A program made the translations under genes and the position numbers. Source: Eledone cirrhosa (taxonomy: Eukaryota). Taken from it: a stretch of DNA of 64,000 bases. Under the pieces are notes generated by a model, which was not told where the DNA came from, searched no databases, and was given only the letters and a program-made list of their open reading frames with translations. Shown one piece after another: positions 43,134-58,513 of this stretch. Every line of letters begins with the position of its first letter. Within the stretch, counting starts at the first letter, position 1. The stretch covers positions 66,464,001-66,528,000 of the forward strand of contig OZ024747.1 in assembly GCA_964016885.1 (NCBI GenBank), written 5' to 3'.

Positions 43134-46100
43134 AAGAATCGTTTTACGATAAAGAATCTTGCTAAACAAATTCAGAAACGAAATATCGTAAGGCTTAGCC
43201 AGGCTAACAAGATACTGAAAACCACCCTGTTCTGTTGTCTACGAAAAACAATAACATCTCGACAACTACACTTCATAAAAGAATGTGCCTCGTCCCGAGT
43301 TTACACCAACACCATCAACACCGATGTAAGAAGAATACAGCTCACCAAAAAGCAAGCATATAGTCTAAAACGAACACTAATTCTAAACATAAAAAAGAAG
43401 ATTTATAGAGAACTAAGTCATCAAGAAAAACATAAGCGTAACCTAATACAAGAAATAACTAAGATCACCATACCAAGAGAAAAACTAATATTTATAAACC
43501 TTATACGTCCTGAAGAACAGTACATTGTTGAAGAATGTGACAAACACTTTAACAAGAAACTAAAGTGGCTTAAACAGATAAAACTAAATCAAGATACTTT
43601 AGAGAATATCAATAGATATCCCGACAAAATTGACGGTATAAACATGGCCGACATCTCATTAACAGATGAATTCAACAACAACAACACAAATATATACGGC
43701 AACACTACGGTCGACCCTAATGAATTATCTGTATTACAACTGCCGCCTAAGTATGCCACATTCAATAAGGTAAATATGATTAGATGTTTGTCAGAAATAG
43801 AAAAATCATTTACAAAATTACGTTGGAGCCTCAAAAACAAAAACAAAAACAAAAGTAACAACATACGCATACACATATACAACACACATCTCAACAATAA
43901 TAACATACTCAGAAACAACAACAACAGACACGCAGACACAAACAACAATAACAACACACACAACAATAATAACATACAAGGAGACAACAACAACAACAAC
44001 ACACATCAACAACAACAACAACAACACACACACATTCAATGTCTCTCACCACCACCACAATCTTAACAAACACACAGACACACAAAATAGAGTAGATAAT
44101 GACAATGAGCCAGAGGAAAGAGACAGGAGTAATAATGACAGACATAGAAACAACCACGAGGCTGTTCGTGGAAATAGAAATAGAAACAACACAACTAACA
44201 ATAACAATAGCACTAGTACACATAAAGCAGCAGCCTGGAACTCTACTTTTTATAATCCCTCCGATAAGTCGTTCGACCTGCGACGAGTCCACGCCACAAC
44301 TTTAGCTTTTAACAAACGCACGCAATTGCCGTCGCAGGTCGATGAACAAACAGAAGCACAATTTAGTATAGCTAGATCTAAACTTAGAAATATTATAGAA
44401 CAGTATAGCAAGAAGCATAATAGAACGAAGGCCCAGCAACTGGGAGAAAAATCTGCAAATATCTTGCGTAAGCTCATGCAGCGCTCGCGTAATGGAGAGA
44501 TAGCATGCTTTCCAACAGACAAGTCTGGCAGAATGTCGGTTGACAGTCTGCCAAACTACATCCAGGCAATGCAACCCAACATCACTAACACAAGAGAAGT
44601 AACACCACAAGAGCATGAGAATAGAGAAAAAGCCCTCAATGCCCATATGGTGTTGTGGACAAATATAATGCAGCCCAACAAAAGGACTGCCAACAACTTA
44701 TAGGCCTGGAACAATGACGTGCCAGCGTTGTATGGGCTTCGAAAAGACCATAAAACGGGCAGTGACCCTGTCACGGGACCACCAACACGGCCAGTCTGTG
44801 GAGCTAACATTGCTAGTAACTACAGACTGTCCTACTTCTTATCCCTGATCATACGCCCCATCATTGAAATGTCCCCAGATGTATGTGACAGCACGGAGGA
44901 CTCCTCAGCAGAATCGGCGAGGGTAACCGATCTAGGGACCTAACAAACTGCATAATAGGTAGTATGAATGTTGTGTCCCTGTATCCATCTATTGACGTGG
45001 ATTTTGCTGTGGAGAAATGCGTAGAAATGATCAGTGAGAGCAATGTTGAATTCCGTGGGATTGATACCAGTGAGCTGGGACTCCTACTTAAACTTATCTA
45101 TAGTAATAATTATCTAGACACATATGACCTTAGCAACCTGTGCCCTACAAGACCAGCAAGAGGCAAACCACCTACCATTACCTCAATGGCCAAGAAAACC
45201 CACGCAGATAGATGGAACGGGTGGACCAGAGTCATACGGACCCCCGAAAACCACAATGAACTAAAGAAAATGATTGCACATGCGGTGGGGGCCAGCATAA
45301 AATTAACTCTTAAGGAACATATGTTCAAATTTAATGGAAAAAACATATGCCCAAGAGGAGGGAGCAGCCATTGGTGTTAGCATTGCAGGCGACATAGCTA
45401 ACTTATTCATGGTATGGTGGGACAGTAGACTTAAACTTAAACTTAAAGAACAATTAGAAGACCCCTTAACCCTGACAATGTATTCCCGCTACGTTGATGA
45501 TATAAACATCGTACTTAAACCCCCCCCCACTAGAGAACAGCAAGGAATTAGAGAAAAACACAATGGAAAGCATCCAGCAAATAGCTAACTCCATCTACCA
45601 GAGTATTAGAGTTACTATAGACTACTCAAGCAAACACCCAAACCATCGATTACCTGTACTAGACATAGAGCTCTGGTTAGATACCATTAATAACAAAAAA
45701 CAAATCCTCCATTCCCATTATGCCAAATCCATGACTTCCAAATATCTGATCCACCGAAACTCAGCTGTTTCGGACCATACCAAAATCAACATACTGATTG
45801 CGGATTTGGTACGGGTGATGAGAAACGTGTCCCGCATGTGCAACGCCCGAAGAACTAGAGAAGCACATACAACACTTCATCCACCGTATGCAGTTCTCTG
45901 GTTACAATCAGAGAGATAAAATCAGAGTGTATAGAGGAGCCAGAACCAAATGGGAAAAATGGTAAATAATGACACAAATGGGACCTGCCCCTTGTATAGG
46001 AGCAAATTTTGGAATAGAATAGAAAGAACTAGGAATAAGGCTAATAGAATAAACTCATGGTATGATAGCAATAAATACCAGAGTGTAATGTTCATCGATA

Positions 46101-46594
46101 CAAACCCTAGAGGTGAATAAGCTTACACATTTATAAGCGCCCTAGATAAACATAAACTCAATATTAAGATAGTAGAAAGACCAGGTACCTCCATAAAAAC
46201 ACTTATTAGCAAGACATACCCTTTTCAAAGACCTCCCTGTATAGATAACAAATGTATAATCTGTAAATTAAGCCCTCATATTAACTTTAAAACTAGAAAT
46301 GTAGTATATAGCATAAGATGTACTGAAGGACAATGTAGAGATAAAAATATAGTGTACATAGGTGAGACAGCTCGTAGTATAGGGGAACGGATAAATGAAC
46401 ACTGGCGAGACCTTCAAGATAGTAAAGAATCATCTGTACTCTACCAACATGCTAAAATAGAACATAAGGGTAAATTAGAGAACATAGAAATAAAAATAGA
46501 ATCTACACACAGAAAAGACGCAATGTTTAGACAAATCACAGAGGCAATAAATATAAATGAATTACACCCAAAATTAAATAGAAAATTGAAGTGA
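43134..46594 (+). pseudogene. Almost complete PLE ORF (N-terminus, RT, GIY-YIG) with several stops and frameshifts
   Basis: LQLPPKYA, FTKLRW, TDKSG (DKG-box variant), LYGLRKDHK, YSRYVDD and YIGET; Asn/Gln-rich low-complexity insert 43830-44230. Confidence 0.9.
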
Positions 46595-46645
46595 AAGCTA
46601 TTGGTGCGTGTGTTTCACATTGACAACATGACCCTCCCAAAGTAT

Positions 46646-47075
<430 letters not shown>

Positions 47076-47165
47076 ATATATATATAAATGTGTGATTGAA
47101 AATATATATATATATTTATATATATATATATTTATATATATATTTATTAAAATAACAGATTAAAG

Positions 47166-47371
<206 letters not shown>

Positions 47372-47396
47372 AACATATATATATAAATATATATAT

Positions 47397-47657
47397 GCAA
47401 AAGTTCTATTTAAATTGTTGGGATACAACAAGCAAATATTTTTATAACTGATATAAAGATAAAGCACTCGACAAATATTTGGAGTAGATATACGATATTA
47501 ATAAATGGAAACTATATTTATAAAACCATATTTATTTCATTATATATATTTCAAGGATGATGAAGGCATACCATAATTTAACTTGGTATCCTTGAAATAT
47601 ATATAATGAAATAAATATGGTTTTATAAATATAGTTTCCATTTATTAATATCGTATA
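47397..47657 (-). mobile_element. Family A fragment with fold-back palindrome (47488-47656) whose junction is in the HHR core/stem II
   Basis: ...tatatttcaagga|tgatgaaggcatacc..ggtatccttgaaatatata... Confidence 0.8.
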
Positions 47658-47911
47658 AATATATATATATATTTTCAATCACACATTTTTACAATCACAG
47701 ATTTTTTTATTTGTTTGGCCCGAATTACTTGGTCGTTTCTATGGTTGTGCGGATGACGGTTTAACCATCGTCTCAGTGTGTTTGGCCTTTAACGTATGTT
47801 GTAGCTCTGGTTCGTCAGAATTATTGAGCGCTTGCCACACATCTCGGAAGTTGTTTTTCGCTAATTCCAAAGCCGAAATACGATTCTCACTAATTTATAT
47901 TTATATACATA

Positions 47912-48141
<230 letters not shown>

Positions 48142-48143
48142 AA

Positions 48144-48315
48144 GGGCGGTGGATTGGCAGTATCGGTAGAGGGTCGGGCGCCATGCTTTGACGCATAGAG
48201 TTATGGCCTTTGCCATTCTGAGTTCAAATCCCGCCGAGGTTAACTCTGCCTTTCATCCTTACGGGGTCGATAAAATAAAGTAATTGCTGGCCTTGTGCCA
48301 AAAGTAGAAACAATT
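48144..48315 (+). mobile_element. Full-length family 1 tRNA-derived SINE in (TA)n (decayed copies near 10350-10490, 38520-38620 and 61980-62115)
   Basis: A box tggcagtatcgg, B box gagttcaaatccc, conserved body and tail. Confidence 0.9.
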
Positions 48316-49052
48316 ATATATATATATATATATATATACATATATATAGATATATATATTATACATATTTATATATATATCCAAAGCTATCTCTTGTTTT
48401 AATTTTATTCTTTCCACTCCCCACTAAGTAATTATCTGCTTTATTTATTATTTAATCGTTTAGAGAGCGTATCTGAGATTTTCGTCATGCCACCAAAGAT
48501 CAGGGTCCTACCACGAAAACACTTCTGAATTAGGAAGGTGTCGTTCGGAAGAAAGGAACAACACGATAACACGACACAGAAATTGTAAATAGATAGCCGG
48601 GATAAAATAACGGACAGGCAAAACTAAAAGGGTTGTGATACCACCCGTTATTAAAATTTTCAAGACACGTACAGAATCCATAAAGAAATATGCAACCCAA
48701 TAAGAAGTAAAAAGAAGCTCCATTATAATATAAAGTGGGTTAAGGCATTTTATGCGCTCATAGTAATCTCATGATGGATGATGAAGTGGCAATTATCATT
48801 TCTCCTTTATGGATTTTATGACAGAATAGTTTAACAGTTTAAATATTAAGTTGACAGTACAGTGGGATCAATTTCGCACATCTAAACTATTATCACCAAC
48901 CAATTCACACAAATTCTGATTAAGTCATTGCATTCTGTGACGTTGGAATACTTGTTCTTGTTTTTCTGTGTCTGTATGCGGCTATATATGTAAGTATGTA
49001 TGTAATATGTATATATATATATGCATGTGTATATATATATATATATATATGT

Positions 49053-49138
<86 letters not shown>

Positions 49139-49519
49139 ATGTGTATGTATATGAACGGAGACATAGAAATAATCGGGATGAATATCCGATCGTGTGGTTA
49201 TACCACTGGGAGTGAAGGACCCCGAGCTTTTGTCAGGGCATTCTTCCAGGAGAAGGCAACTCAGGAAACTGGGATAACGCCGACATAAAACCTGCGGCTC
49301 AGTAGTTACTGATGATGTTGATCTTTTCTTCTTTTCGGGTTATAGCTACTGTCGCTCAGAGAGTGGGATTGGCTAAGTGCACAGTTTCTCCTCACTTTAA
49401 AAAATATCTTCACGCACAGGATTTTCACGATAGCATTAATTGATAATTATTAATAATGTTATATCGTGCAATGGCTATACTCGATAACGAGGGGGCAGCC
49501 ATCATGTATGCATAAACGT

Positions 49520-49562
<43 letters not shown>

Positions 49563-49566
<4 letters not shown>

Positions 49567-49710
49567 ATAATAATAAATGTGAAGACTAAAATCGAAAGAG
49601 GGTTCGATAAGGATAAATATATATCAAATATATACGAACCCTAGAGCAAATATTTATTAAAATAACAGATTAAAGTTTAAGCAAAGAATCGCTGCTTTCA
49701 ACCTTAACGG
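49563..49710 (-). mobile_element. Family B terminus, 5' truncated at HHR stem II
   Basis: Homology stops at gctttcaaccttaacggg|tagcg. Confidence 0.8.
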
Positions 49711-50425
49711 GTAGCGAAAGTTAAGAGCGCGAACCAGCTAAAGAAAGGTTGTTACGTTCCCTCGTTTCACCTTTCTGACGTACAAAACGTCAGGTTAGAG
49801 TTGCTCATGGTCCCAGTATCGGCGAATTTTATTATAATTTTATTGTTAATTGTTTTTGATAATTCGTTTTTGTGTTACAGACACATGCACTCTTAACGTA
49901 AATATTAGGGCAAGACAACGTGACACGATGTGTAAAATGGCTGGTCCATTGAATTACAGGTACAATTCATTTTTGCCAACTGTGTAGTCTTGAGCGATAC
50001 GAACTGAAACGTCTTGCTCAAGAACATCGTGAACCGCCAGGAATCGAACTAACCGCCTTATGATCATGAGCCAAAGGGACGTGTCTTCATATACATACAT
50101 ACATACATACATACATACATAACACACATACACACATGCATACACGCATACATTCATACATACATACATACATACATACATACATACATACACACATACA
50201 TACACACACACATACAACATACATATATAACATATATACACCCATACACACACACACACATACATACGTGCATACATAACATACATACATACACACATAC
50301 ACACTTGCATACATACATATATAACATACATACACACATGCATACATACATATACGTGGTAGCAGCAGCTCGATATATATGGAGAAATGAATAAAAAAAT
50401 AGATGGAAGAGTGTTATGAATTAAT

Positions 50426-50495
<70 letters not shown>

Positions 50496-50502
50496 AGAGA
50501 GA

Positions 50503-50557
<55 letters not shown>

Positions 50558-51243
50558 AAGAAGGGAGGAATGAAAGAGAAAAAGAAGACCAAAGCAATTA
50601 ATGGAGGAAGTCATAGATAAACCGAGATATTATTAAATTTTCAACTGTATGTTTATTGATAAAAGGGTATTTTCAATATTGGAATAGATTCGGGTAGATT
50701 GGAGCCTTGCAAACCAATTTATTGATGAGCTAGAACAATGAAATAGTTTATTGCCGTCGCTGATTACCTTTAATATAGTTTTGATTATAAATATATATTC
50801 CAATGTTCAATAATTAAATAACCAGAAATCCCCAAATCACTGTAGATTTGAGGAATTTGGTTTATTTGTAAGTTAGTCATGGAAGTGAAGTCATGGACCG
50901 TGAATGATCTTTGCAAATCTCAATATAAACCTCTATTCCCGGCACCACTCATTGTTTCTTTACGAACATTCAATATAGCAAGCTAGTTGTTACACTACCA
51001 ACAGGCAATGCTGAAATCTATACTACAGTTCACCCAATTAATAATAAAGCTTTCTGAACTTATATCCCTTGTTCGCATAGATTTAGCTGTACGGGGGACA
51101 ACTCCAGACATGTTTCTGTTGTATTAGATCTCCTCAACAGAGAATTGACGTCGCTGAACATGCCAGAACAGTAATTCAAGAAGCAGCTCGTACATTTACA
51201 GCAATATACATTGGATGGCGTCGAAATCTACAAGTGTTTAGAG

Positions 51244-51537
51244 CAGGTATGGGTAACCTTTTTCGAGAATCGGGCCGCATGAGATATGGTTCATCATCAG
51301 GCGGGCCGCAAGTGCTAATTTACATTCGTGTCCATATTAAAAAATAAAGGGTGATAACTCAGGTCGTTTTGATTTGTTTCTTTAAAATTCGTACACGTTG
51401 TTTTCATCGATCGTAAAAATGATAGAAAGATAAATTACGACTGAAAAGTTGAGGTAAAAAAATCAGAAAGATTTCACTTAGGTGACTAAGGCGAGCCATT
51501 CAGAAAAGCCTCACGGACCGCAGGTTGCCTATGACTG
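51244..51537. mobile_element. hAT (Charlie-like) MITE
   Basis: TIRs caggtatgggtaacct / aggttgcctatgactg; perfect 8-bp TSD gtttagag. Confidence 0.9.
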
Positions 51538-51732
51538 GTTTAGAGGATATATCACTTGACATATATATCACGCTCTGTCTCTATAACCAACAACATGAAT
51601 ATATTTATCCATCGGTTTGTCTTGCATTCCGTCTATCCATTTATTTTGGGTTCTTCCAAAACCAAACAAACAGTATATAATGTGACATGACTGGCCCTTT
51701 GAATTACATGCATGCTGTGTCTGTGTGTGTGT

Positions 51733-51805
<73 letters not shown>

Positions 51806-53328
51806 AATCATGATTTTGAATGCTAAGTGCTGTTAGGTTTTAAAACTTAGTGAAAAGTTCTCACCTTCTCTCTGATACCCCACGAAACCCTCTCATACTA
51901 CATCCCCACCTGTTCTCATATTCCATCCTCCCCTCTATTATTCCGCTAGCCCCTCTCTCATGCTTCACCTCCCCCCTCCCCTCAATTAAATTGCTATTCA
52001 ACTTAGAATATTCCAATCTACTACGAACAACGAATACAACGAAGACAACTGCAACAATGATAATTATAATTATTGTTCCAGATATAACAAAACAATTTCA
52101 AATAATACTTCAATTTCTTTTTGTTTTTAATATTTCCATTATTATTTGCCTTATCTTAATTTTTACACGTCTGTCTTCTTACTTGCGTCTATTTCCGTGA
52201 ATTCAATTCTTTGTTCTCAGTTCGTTCATCCAATAATTTTTATTTATTCATGGCATCTGTTTTCGATTTCTTTAATTTTATTCGTTCATGTTTTTGATCT
52301 TAAATTATTTTCTAAATTTCATATAATTTCACTTCACACTGTATATGAGTGTAACTAATGATTAGTTAGACTTATCTCAATCGTTAATATTCATCCACAC
52401 TCAAGTCATTCTAACTGAAAGGGGAGAAAAAGAAACATACTGATTGTCAAATAAGCCCAAAGAAACAATGTTTCCATTGTTCTTTCCATTTTTAATACTA
52501 TCTGTTGGTCAGAACTCCTGGCAGAAAGAGATACGTCAAAGAAAATATATTTCTCAAAACATCAAAACACCACCTGGTACAAAAATCTAGCCCAACACTC
52601 TAATCAATACGGCACGTATCTAACTTAAAACTGGAAAATATCTTAAGAAACGGTGTAAAATGGTCAGTAGAGCACCCCACTGCTTCTGACGATCCACAGC
52701 TATTTCGGATCAATATTATAATGAAGAATTACATTATATGCGTCTGAAACCATTCACTTCAGTGGGGTATTAATGTTCCATTATCTGATTCATCATATAT
52801 CAGAAAGATCCAACCACCACTGACAGCTCTATTAAATTATGGATGTACACTTGTAGCTGTAGTTGTTGTTGATACTGCGCCTGTTGCTGTCGATTTTGTT
52901 TTTGTGGCTGTTGTTGTGACAATTATATTTCTGTTGTAGTGAGTGTGGTTGTTGTCGTTCTTTAGCCTCGGGTCAAGCAAGAGCAAACTGAAAGCCTCTG
53001 ATCATAGAAGAGCTCTATCAGAGTTGACTTAGAGGGTCAAACAAGAACAACAACAACACCAATAGCTACAACAAATACACCAGCAATAACAACGTTAACT
53101 CTTAAACAGACCAATTCCATTATATACTCTAAATCATCCATTATTCAATGATTATCTAAACTTAATATATACTTTAAATCAAAGCTCACTCCATTTGATC
53201 CGATAAAACTAGGTTCAGTAAATTCTTTGATATACAGCTCAACTCTTTGTGATATCTAAATTCTTAGATGTATCAAATAACTTTCAAATGTAAATATAAG
53301 AACAATATAAAAGGTTCTAGACTAACAG

Positions 53329-53395
<67 letters not shown>

Positions 53396-53417
53396 AAAGA
53401 ATAGAAAAAAAAAATAA

Positions 53418-53451
<34 letters not shown>

Positions 53452-54305
53452 AAATATTAAACAAATAATGAATAAACAATGAAAACAGTTCCTTATATTA
53501 AACAAAAAAAGTTCATTATTTAACGATCGTTTCTAGGATATATATGTGTTAGAATTGGCATGCATATTCAACAGATCTATGTACAAAATTATACAAAATT
53601 ATACAAACTATCAAGATTAAATATACATACCAACACATATATACGCCGTCTTCAGAAATAATGAAATATATTTATTGATAATAACAACAATTCAAAATTT
53701 CAGGTCCGTTTGGGAACAAAATTGACCAATGAAAATACAAAAGGTTTAATGCAGTTCGGTGTGTGTATATACATGTAACTACCCTTACACATATTTTACA
53801 AAAATGTATGCACAACTTGTATACGCATACGAAAAGGATGGATGCAAATACAAAATTTCAAGGTTAATGTTTCTGTAAGTTTATAATGCACAGATAAGAT
53901 GCGTATAGACACATAAATATGAAATAAGTGTATATACATATTTTCATACTCACTCATATCCGTACAATCACACATACACACGCGTATATGCATAAACATA
54001 CACATAAACTACGAACATACAAACACACACACACCCCCACTCACATATATATATGTGGATATAAAATCCTAAGCACATGGATATTAATTCACTCACATAA
54101 ACATTGGCACACACATTTAGATCAAGATACAGAAATTAGGTGGGAGGGGGGGAGAGGTCAGTATTCAACTGTTTGGGCAGACTGCTTAATATAGATGTAT
54201 CTATAAACTAAGAAAATAAAAAATAATAAATAATAAATAAACATTAAAAAGGAAAGAAAAGAAAAAGAAAAAGAAAAAAGAAAAAAGAAAAAGGAATATA
54301 TCAAG

Positions 54306-54381
<76 letters not shown>

Positions 54382-54543
54382 CACGTACATACACACACAT
54401 ATATACACATACACACATACAAACACATACATACATATACACACATCCACACTTAGAACATACATACACACACATATATAAACATATACATATACACACA
54501 TACATACATATACACACATACATATAAATACACATATATATAT

Positions 54544-54584
<41 letters not shown>

Positions 54585-54896
54585 TATATATATATATATA
54601 CACATACACTCATACATACACATATAATCACACATACTATATAGACACACATATATATACACACATACACGCACATATACATACACTTACATACATATAT
54701 ACATACAGATATACACATACATACCTATATATACACACACAAATACATACAGACATACATACATACATACAGACAAATACTTAGGCATCTATATATCGGT
54801 ATATACATACAAACACCACTACACTCTCGCACAACTCAGACATACAAAGAAAAAGGTATATACCTATACACATATACATATACAAATAGAGAAACC

Positions 54897-54960
<64 letters not shown>

Positions 54961-55272
54961 CATACATATACACATATACACACATACACATACATACACA
55001 TACATACATGTACACACACATAGATATATATACACATACACACATACACACATACATATTTAGTCATACACACACATACACCTACTGTTTAATATAAGGA
55101 ACTGTTTTCATTGTTTATTCATTATTTGTTTAATATTTTATCTTGACTCTGTATACCGTTTATCTTTCACCGAAAGTGATTTTTCATTACATCTCTTCTT
55201 TCCATGATATCCGGAATACATTGAGTTCTTCATACGGATTGGACACTACCGTAAACTCTTGGTAGATTTATC

Positions 55273-55316
<44 letters not shown>

Positions 55317-55468
55317 ATATAATATAATATAATAAAATATAATATAATATATATATGTATATATATGTATTTATATGTATATATAAATATACTTTCAACA
55401 ACTAGATCAAAGAAATACTTAGAAATAGAGTTACATACAAATAAAACCAGGAATATAAAAGTGCTCAA

Positions 55469-55500
<32 letters not shown>

Positions 55501-55832
55501 TGGTCTCACGGATTAGCAGGTTCTAAGTTCGATGTTCCTGCGTGGTATCTTGGACAAACGTCATTGACCCTTACCATGGATTGACCCATGCCTGGTGGGT
55601 GAAATCGAGTTGAAAGAAACTGTTTGGTAGACCGTTGGATGTGTGAGAAGGCAGGATCTTTAAAAAGCCTGTCGTGTCACATTGAATCACTCTGATAAGA
55701 GTGTACCCGTTTCTATGGAATGTGTACCCGTTTCTATGGAATGCTCAGTCACTTACACATTAATTTCATTGTTTCCTTGATGGAACAACTGGCACGCTCG
55801 CTGTGAAATCCAACGGTGGGCTATCCTCTGTA

Positions 55833-56200
55833 TATTATTAAGTAAAATGAGAGGAAGCTGGACTGGTGAAATTCTTTCAAAGCTTTATTATAGCAAACAC
55901 TATGCACATTTCAATGACCAGGTTCCGTAGGATCCTGGTGACTTCCTGGTGATCTTACGGACCCTGGTCATTGAAATGTGCATAGTGTTTGCTATAATAA
56001 AGCTTTGAAAGAATTTCACCAGTCTAGCCTCCTATCATTTTACTCAATAATAATTAACTCCGTTCTCGCACCACCAATAAGATTCAACAAACGAAGATGG
56101 ATGAGTTGTATTACGTCGAGTGCTTTTCCTAATATTACATCACGATTGACTATACGGAATAACCAGTTCTATCCAGTGGTGAACCAACAAACCTAAATGA
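55833..56200 (+). mobile_element. ~220-bp palindrome (55833-56054) carrying a probable HHR 3' half, with a tail ending in (TA)n
   Basis: Apex near 55945; cctggtcatt GAAA tgtgc ATA with palindromic stem III at 55973-55984. Confidence 0.65.
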
Positions 56201-56700
56201 ATATATATATATATATATATACTTCTAACATCTCGAGTGTCGGTTTGAAACCTATTTTTAGTTTTCGTAATTTTGCGAATGGTTTATTTCTAAGTTGTAT
56301 TACCTATAAAAAATGATGGGGCTTATAGTAACATATATTTAATTTAATAATTTAATTATTATAGTATTCTACGTAAAGCTACCTGAAATTTCTATTTTTT
56401 ACTTTCTCCTCCATGTCACTTCGGACATCACTCTAATTAATTTTACATTAATTTAAATCAATTACAATCACTTTCTTCCATATTTTCTTTAATCATTATC
56501 AAACATATAACAACTAATTTACGATGACGCTTTTGTTCTTATATATATGCATATATATGTGTGTGTGTGTGTGTGTGCGTGTGTACGCGCGTGCGTGTGT
56601 GTGTGTGTACGTGTGTGTATGTGTGTATGTGTGTATGTGTGTGTGCATGTGTGTGTGTGAGAGTGTATGTGTGTGTGTATGTATATCCTATGTATATGTA

Positions 56701-56833
<133 letters not shown>

Positions 56834-56848
56834 TCTCTCTCTTTTTTT

Positions 56849-57100
56849 CTAAGGCGGGTAAAATTCCCGAGATCCATGGACGAGTTCTCTCCAGCGGTCT
56901 CTGTCCCTCATTATCGCTGCCATGTCCTGCGTCTCCAACAGACCAGTCTCTGTCCTTAGGGCATCAACATACATTAACCTTGGTCTTCCTCTTCTAGTGT
57001 GTCCATGTAGGGGCTCCCAAAGGAGCACTGAGTGCAATGTCAACTCTGGATGTCGGTGAGCATGTCCAGTTAACCTCAGTCTCCTCTGTGTCACTTTTGA
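56849..57100 (-). mobile_element. RTE/RTEX-type LINE 3' fragment
   Basis: QRRLRLTGHAHRHPE..VLLWEP.HG..RRGRPR..YVD.L...MRDRDRWR is the typical RTE-group C-terminus. Confidence 0.85.
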
Positions 57101-57110
57101 GCTATATATA

Positions 57111-57311
57111 TAGGAAAAGAGTCAGGACCCAGGCGGCTGAGCTCCGGCCGTTTCGACAGATAGATCCGAAGAATGGATCTAGCTGTCGAAACGGCCGGAG
57201 CTCAGCCGTCGGGGTCCTGACTCTTTTCCTATTACCTACTCTACTTCCCTAAGTATCGAGTACTCTGGTGCATTATGGTCCACCTGGTTCCTTACCACAC
57301 TTTATTTGTTA
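57111..57311 (+). mobile_element. Third copy of the 4216-4645 family, palindrome 57111-57231
   Basis: GAAACggccggagctcagccGTCggggtc; tail ...tggtccacctggttccttaccaca. Confidence 0.8.
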
Positions 57312-57339
57312 TATATATGTATATATATATATATATATA

Positions 57340-58513
57340 GTAATAATAATAAATTTGAAGACTAATATCCAAAGAGGGCTCGATAAGGATAAATATGTAT
57401 CAAATATATAAGAACCGTAGAGCAAATATTTATTAAAATAACAGATTAAAGTTTAAGCAAAGAATCGCTGCTTTCACCCTTAACGGGATCTTCTGAAACT
57501 AACAAAGTCAATCTGTAAACGCAGAAGTGGATATTTCAAAAAACGTTGCAACCGGAGGAAGATAGGAAGACGATACTTTGGTTCGGGGCATGGTTATAGG
57601 AACAGGAAGGACAACCGTACGAACGCGCATGCGCAGAAACCCGGTCACTTCACACAGGCAATACTAGAATGCGCGCGCGAGGTGTAAGGGAGATAACTGC
57701 GAAAGTCCGAAAAGTTTTTAGTTGAAAAATAAAATTACAAAGAATCAGTCCGGAGCCTTGTAGTTATGCAATAGGTGTTTGGCGACGTGTGGACAACGTG
57801 TGAAAAATTCATTTCTCGCGTTTAGGCAATCACTATTGCGTAATCTCTTTAGAATAGTTATTCGTTCGTCAATACATAAGCCACACGTCGGATTTCCCCT
57901 TGCGTATGGCTTGGACTTAGTGATGGCTTTCCATTGAATGGAGTAGTCTATACTTGAGTCCTTGAGGGACCATACGTGACTCGCGAATTTCGTGGATGAA
58001 CGTCTGTCCGGGTACCTGAAGGTAGACTGGTGGTTCAGGAAACGTTCCAAGCCATACGCAAGGGAAAATCCGACGTGTGGCTTATGTATTGACGAACGAA
58101 TAACTATTCTAAAGAGATTACGCAATAGTGATTGCCTAAACACGAGAAATGAATTTTTCACACGTTGTCCACACGTCGCCAAATACCTATTGCATAACTA
58201 CAAGGCTCTGGACTGATTCTTTGTAATTTTATTTTTCAACTAAAAACTTTTCTGACTTTCGCAGTTATCTCCCTTACACCTCTCGCACGCATTCTAGTAT
58301 TGCCTGTGTGAAGTGACCGGGTTTCTGCGGATGCGCGTTCGTACCGTTGTCCTTCCTGTTCCTATAACCATGTCCATTCCGAGCTGAGGAATCCGCTAAG
58401 GTGAAATAATTGTTCTCGGTACGGTGAAATAACTGTTGTTTAACCACTTCTAGCTAACTCGTCCCATGGACTGAGTGCTCTACCACTACGGATATTACCT
58501 TCTAGTGTTCCAC

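Larger units (their letters stand above)
40800..46630. mobile_element. Penelope-like retroelement (Naiad-like), tail-out palindromic insertion in (TA)n: - arm 40800-43133, + arm 43134-46630
   Basis: The - arm is the reverse complement of the + arm from about 44748 onward, plus a 3' UTR/pLTR that runs into the ORF start; both ends abut (TA)n. Confidence 0.93.

Noticed and set aside
43128-43140. ATG at 43128 as the PLE start codon
   Set aside because: It is created by the inversion junction; the likelier start MTLPKY lies in the terminal repeat (40882 on -, 10044 on +).
57745-58182. 145-aa ORF as an intact gene
   Set aside because: Its first ~45 residues are the antisense of the inverted arm; only the part from ERFLNH is PLE endonuclease.
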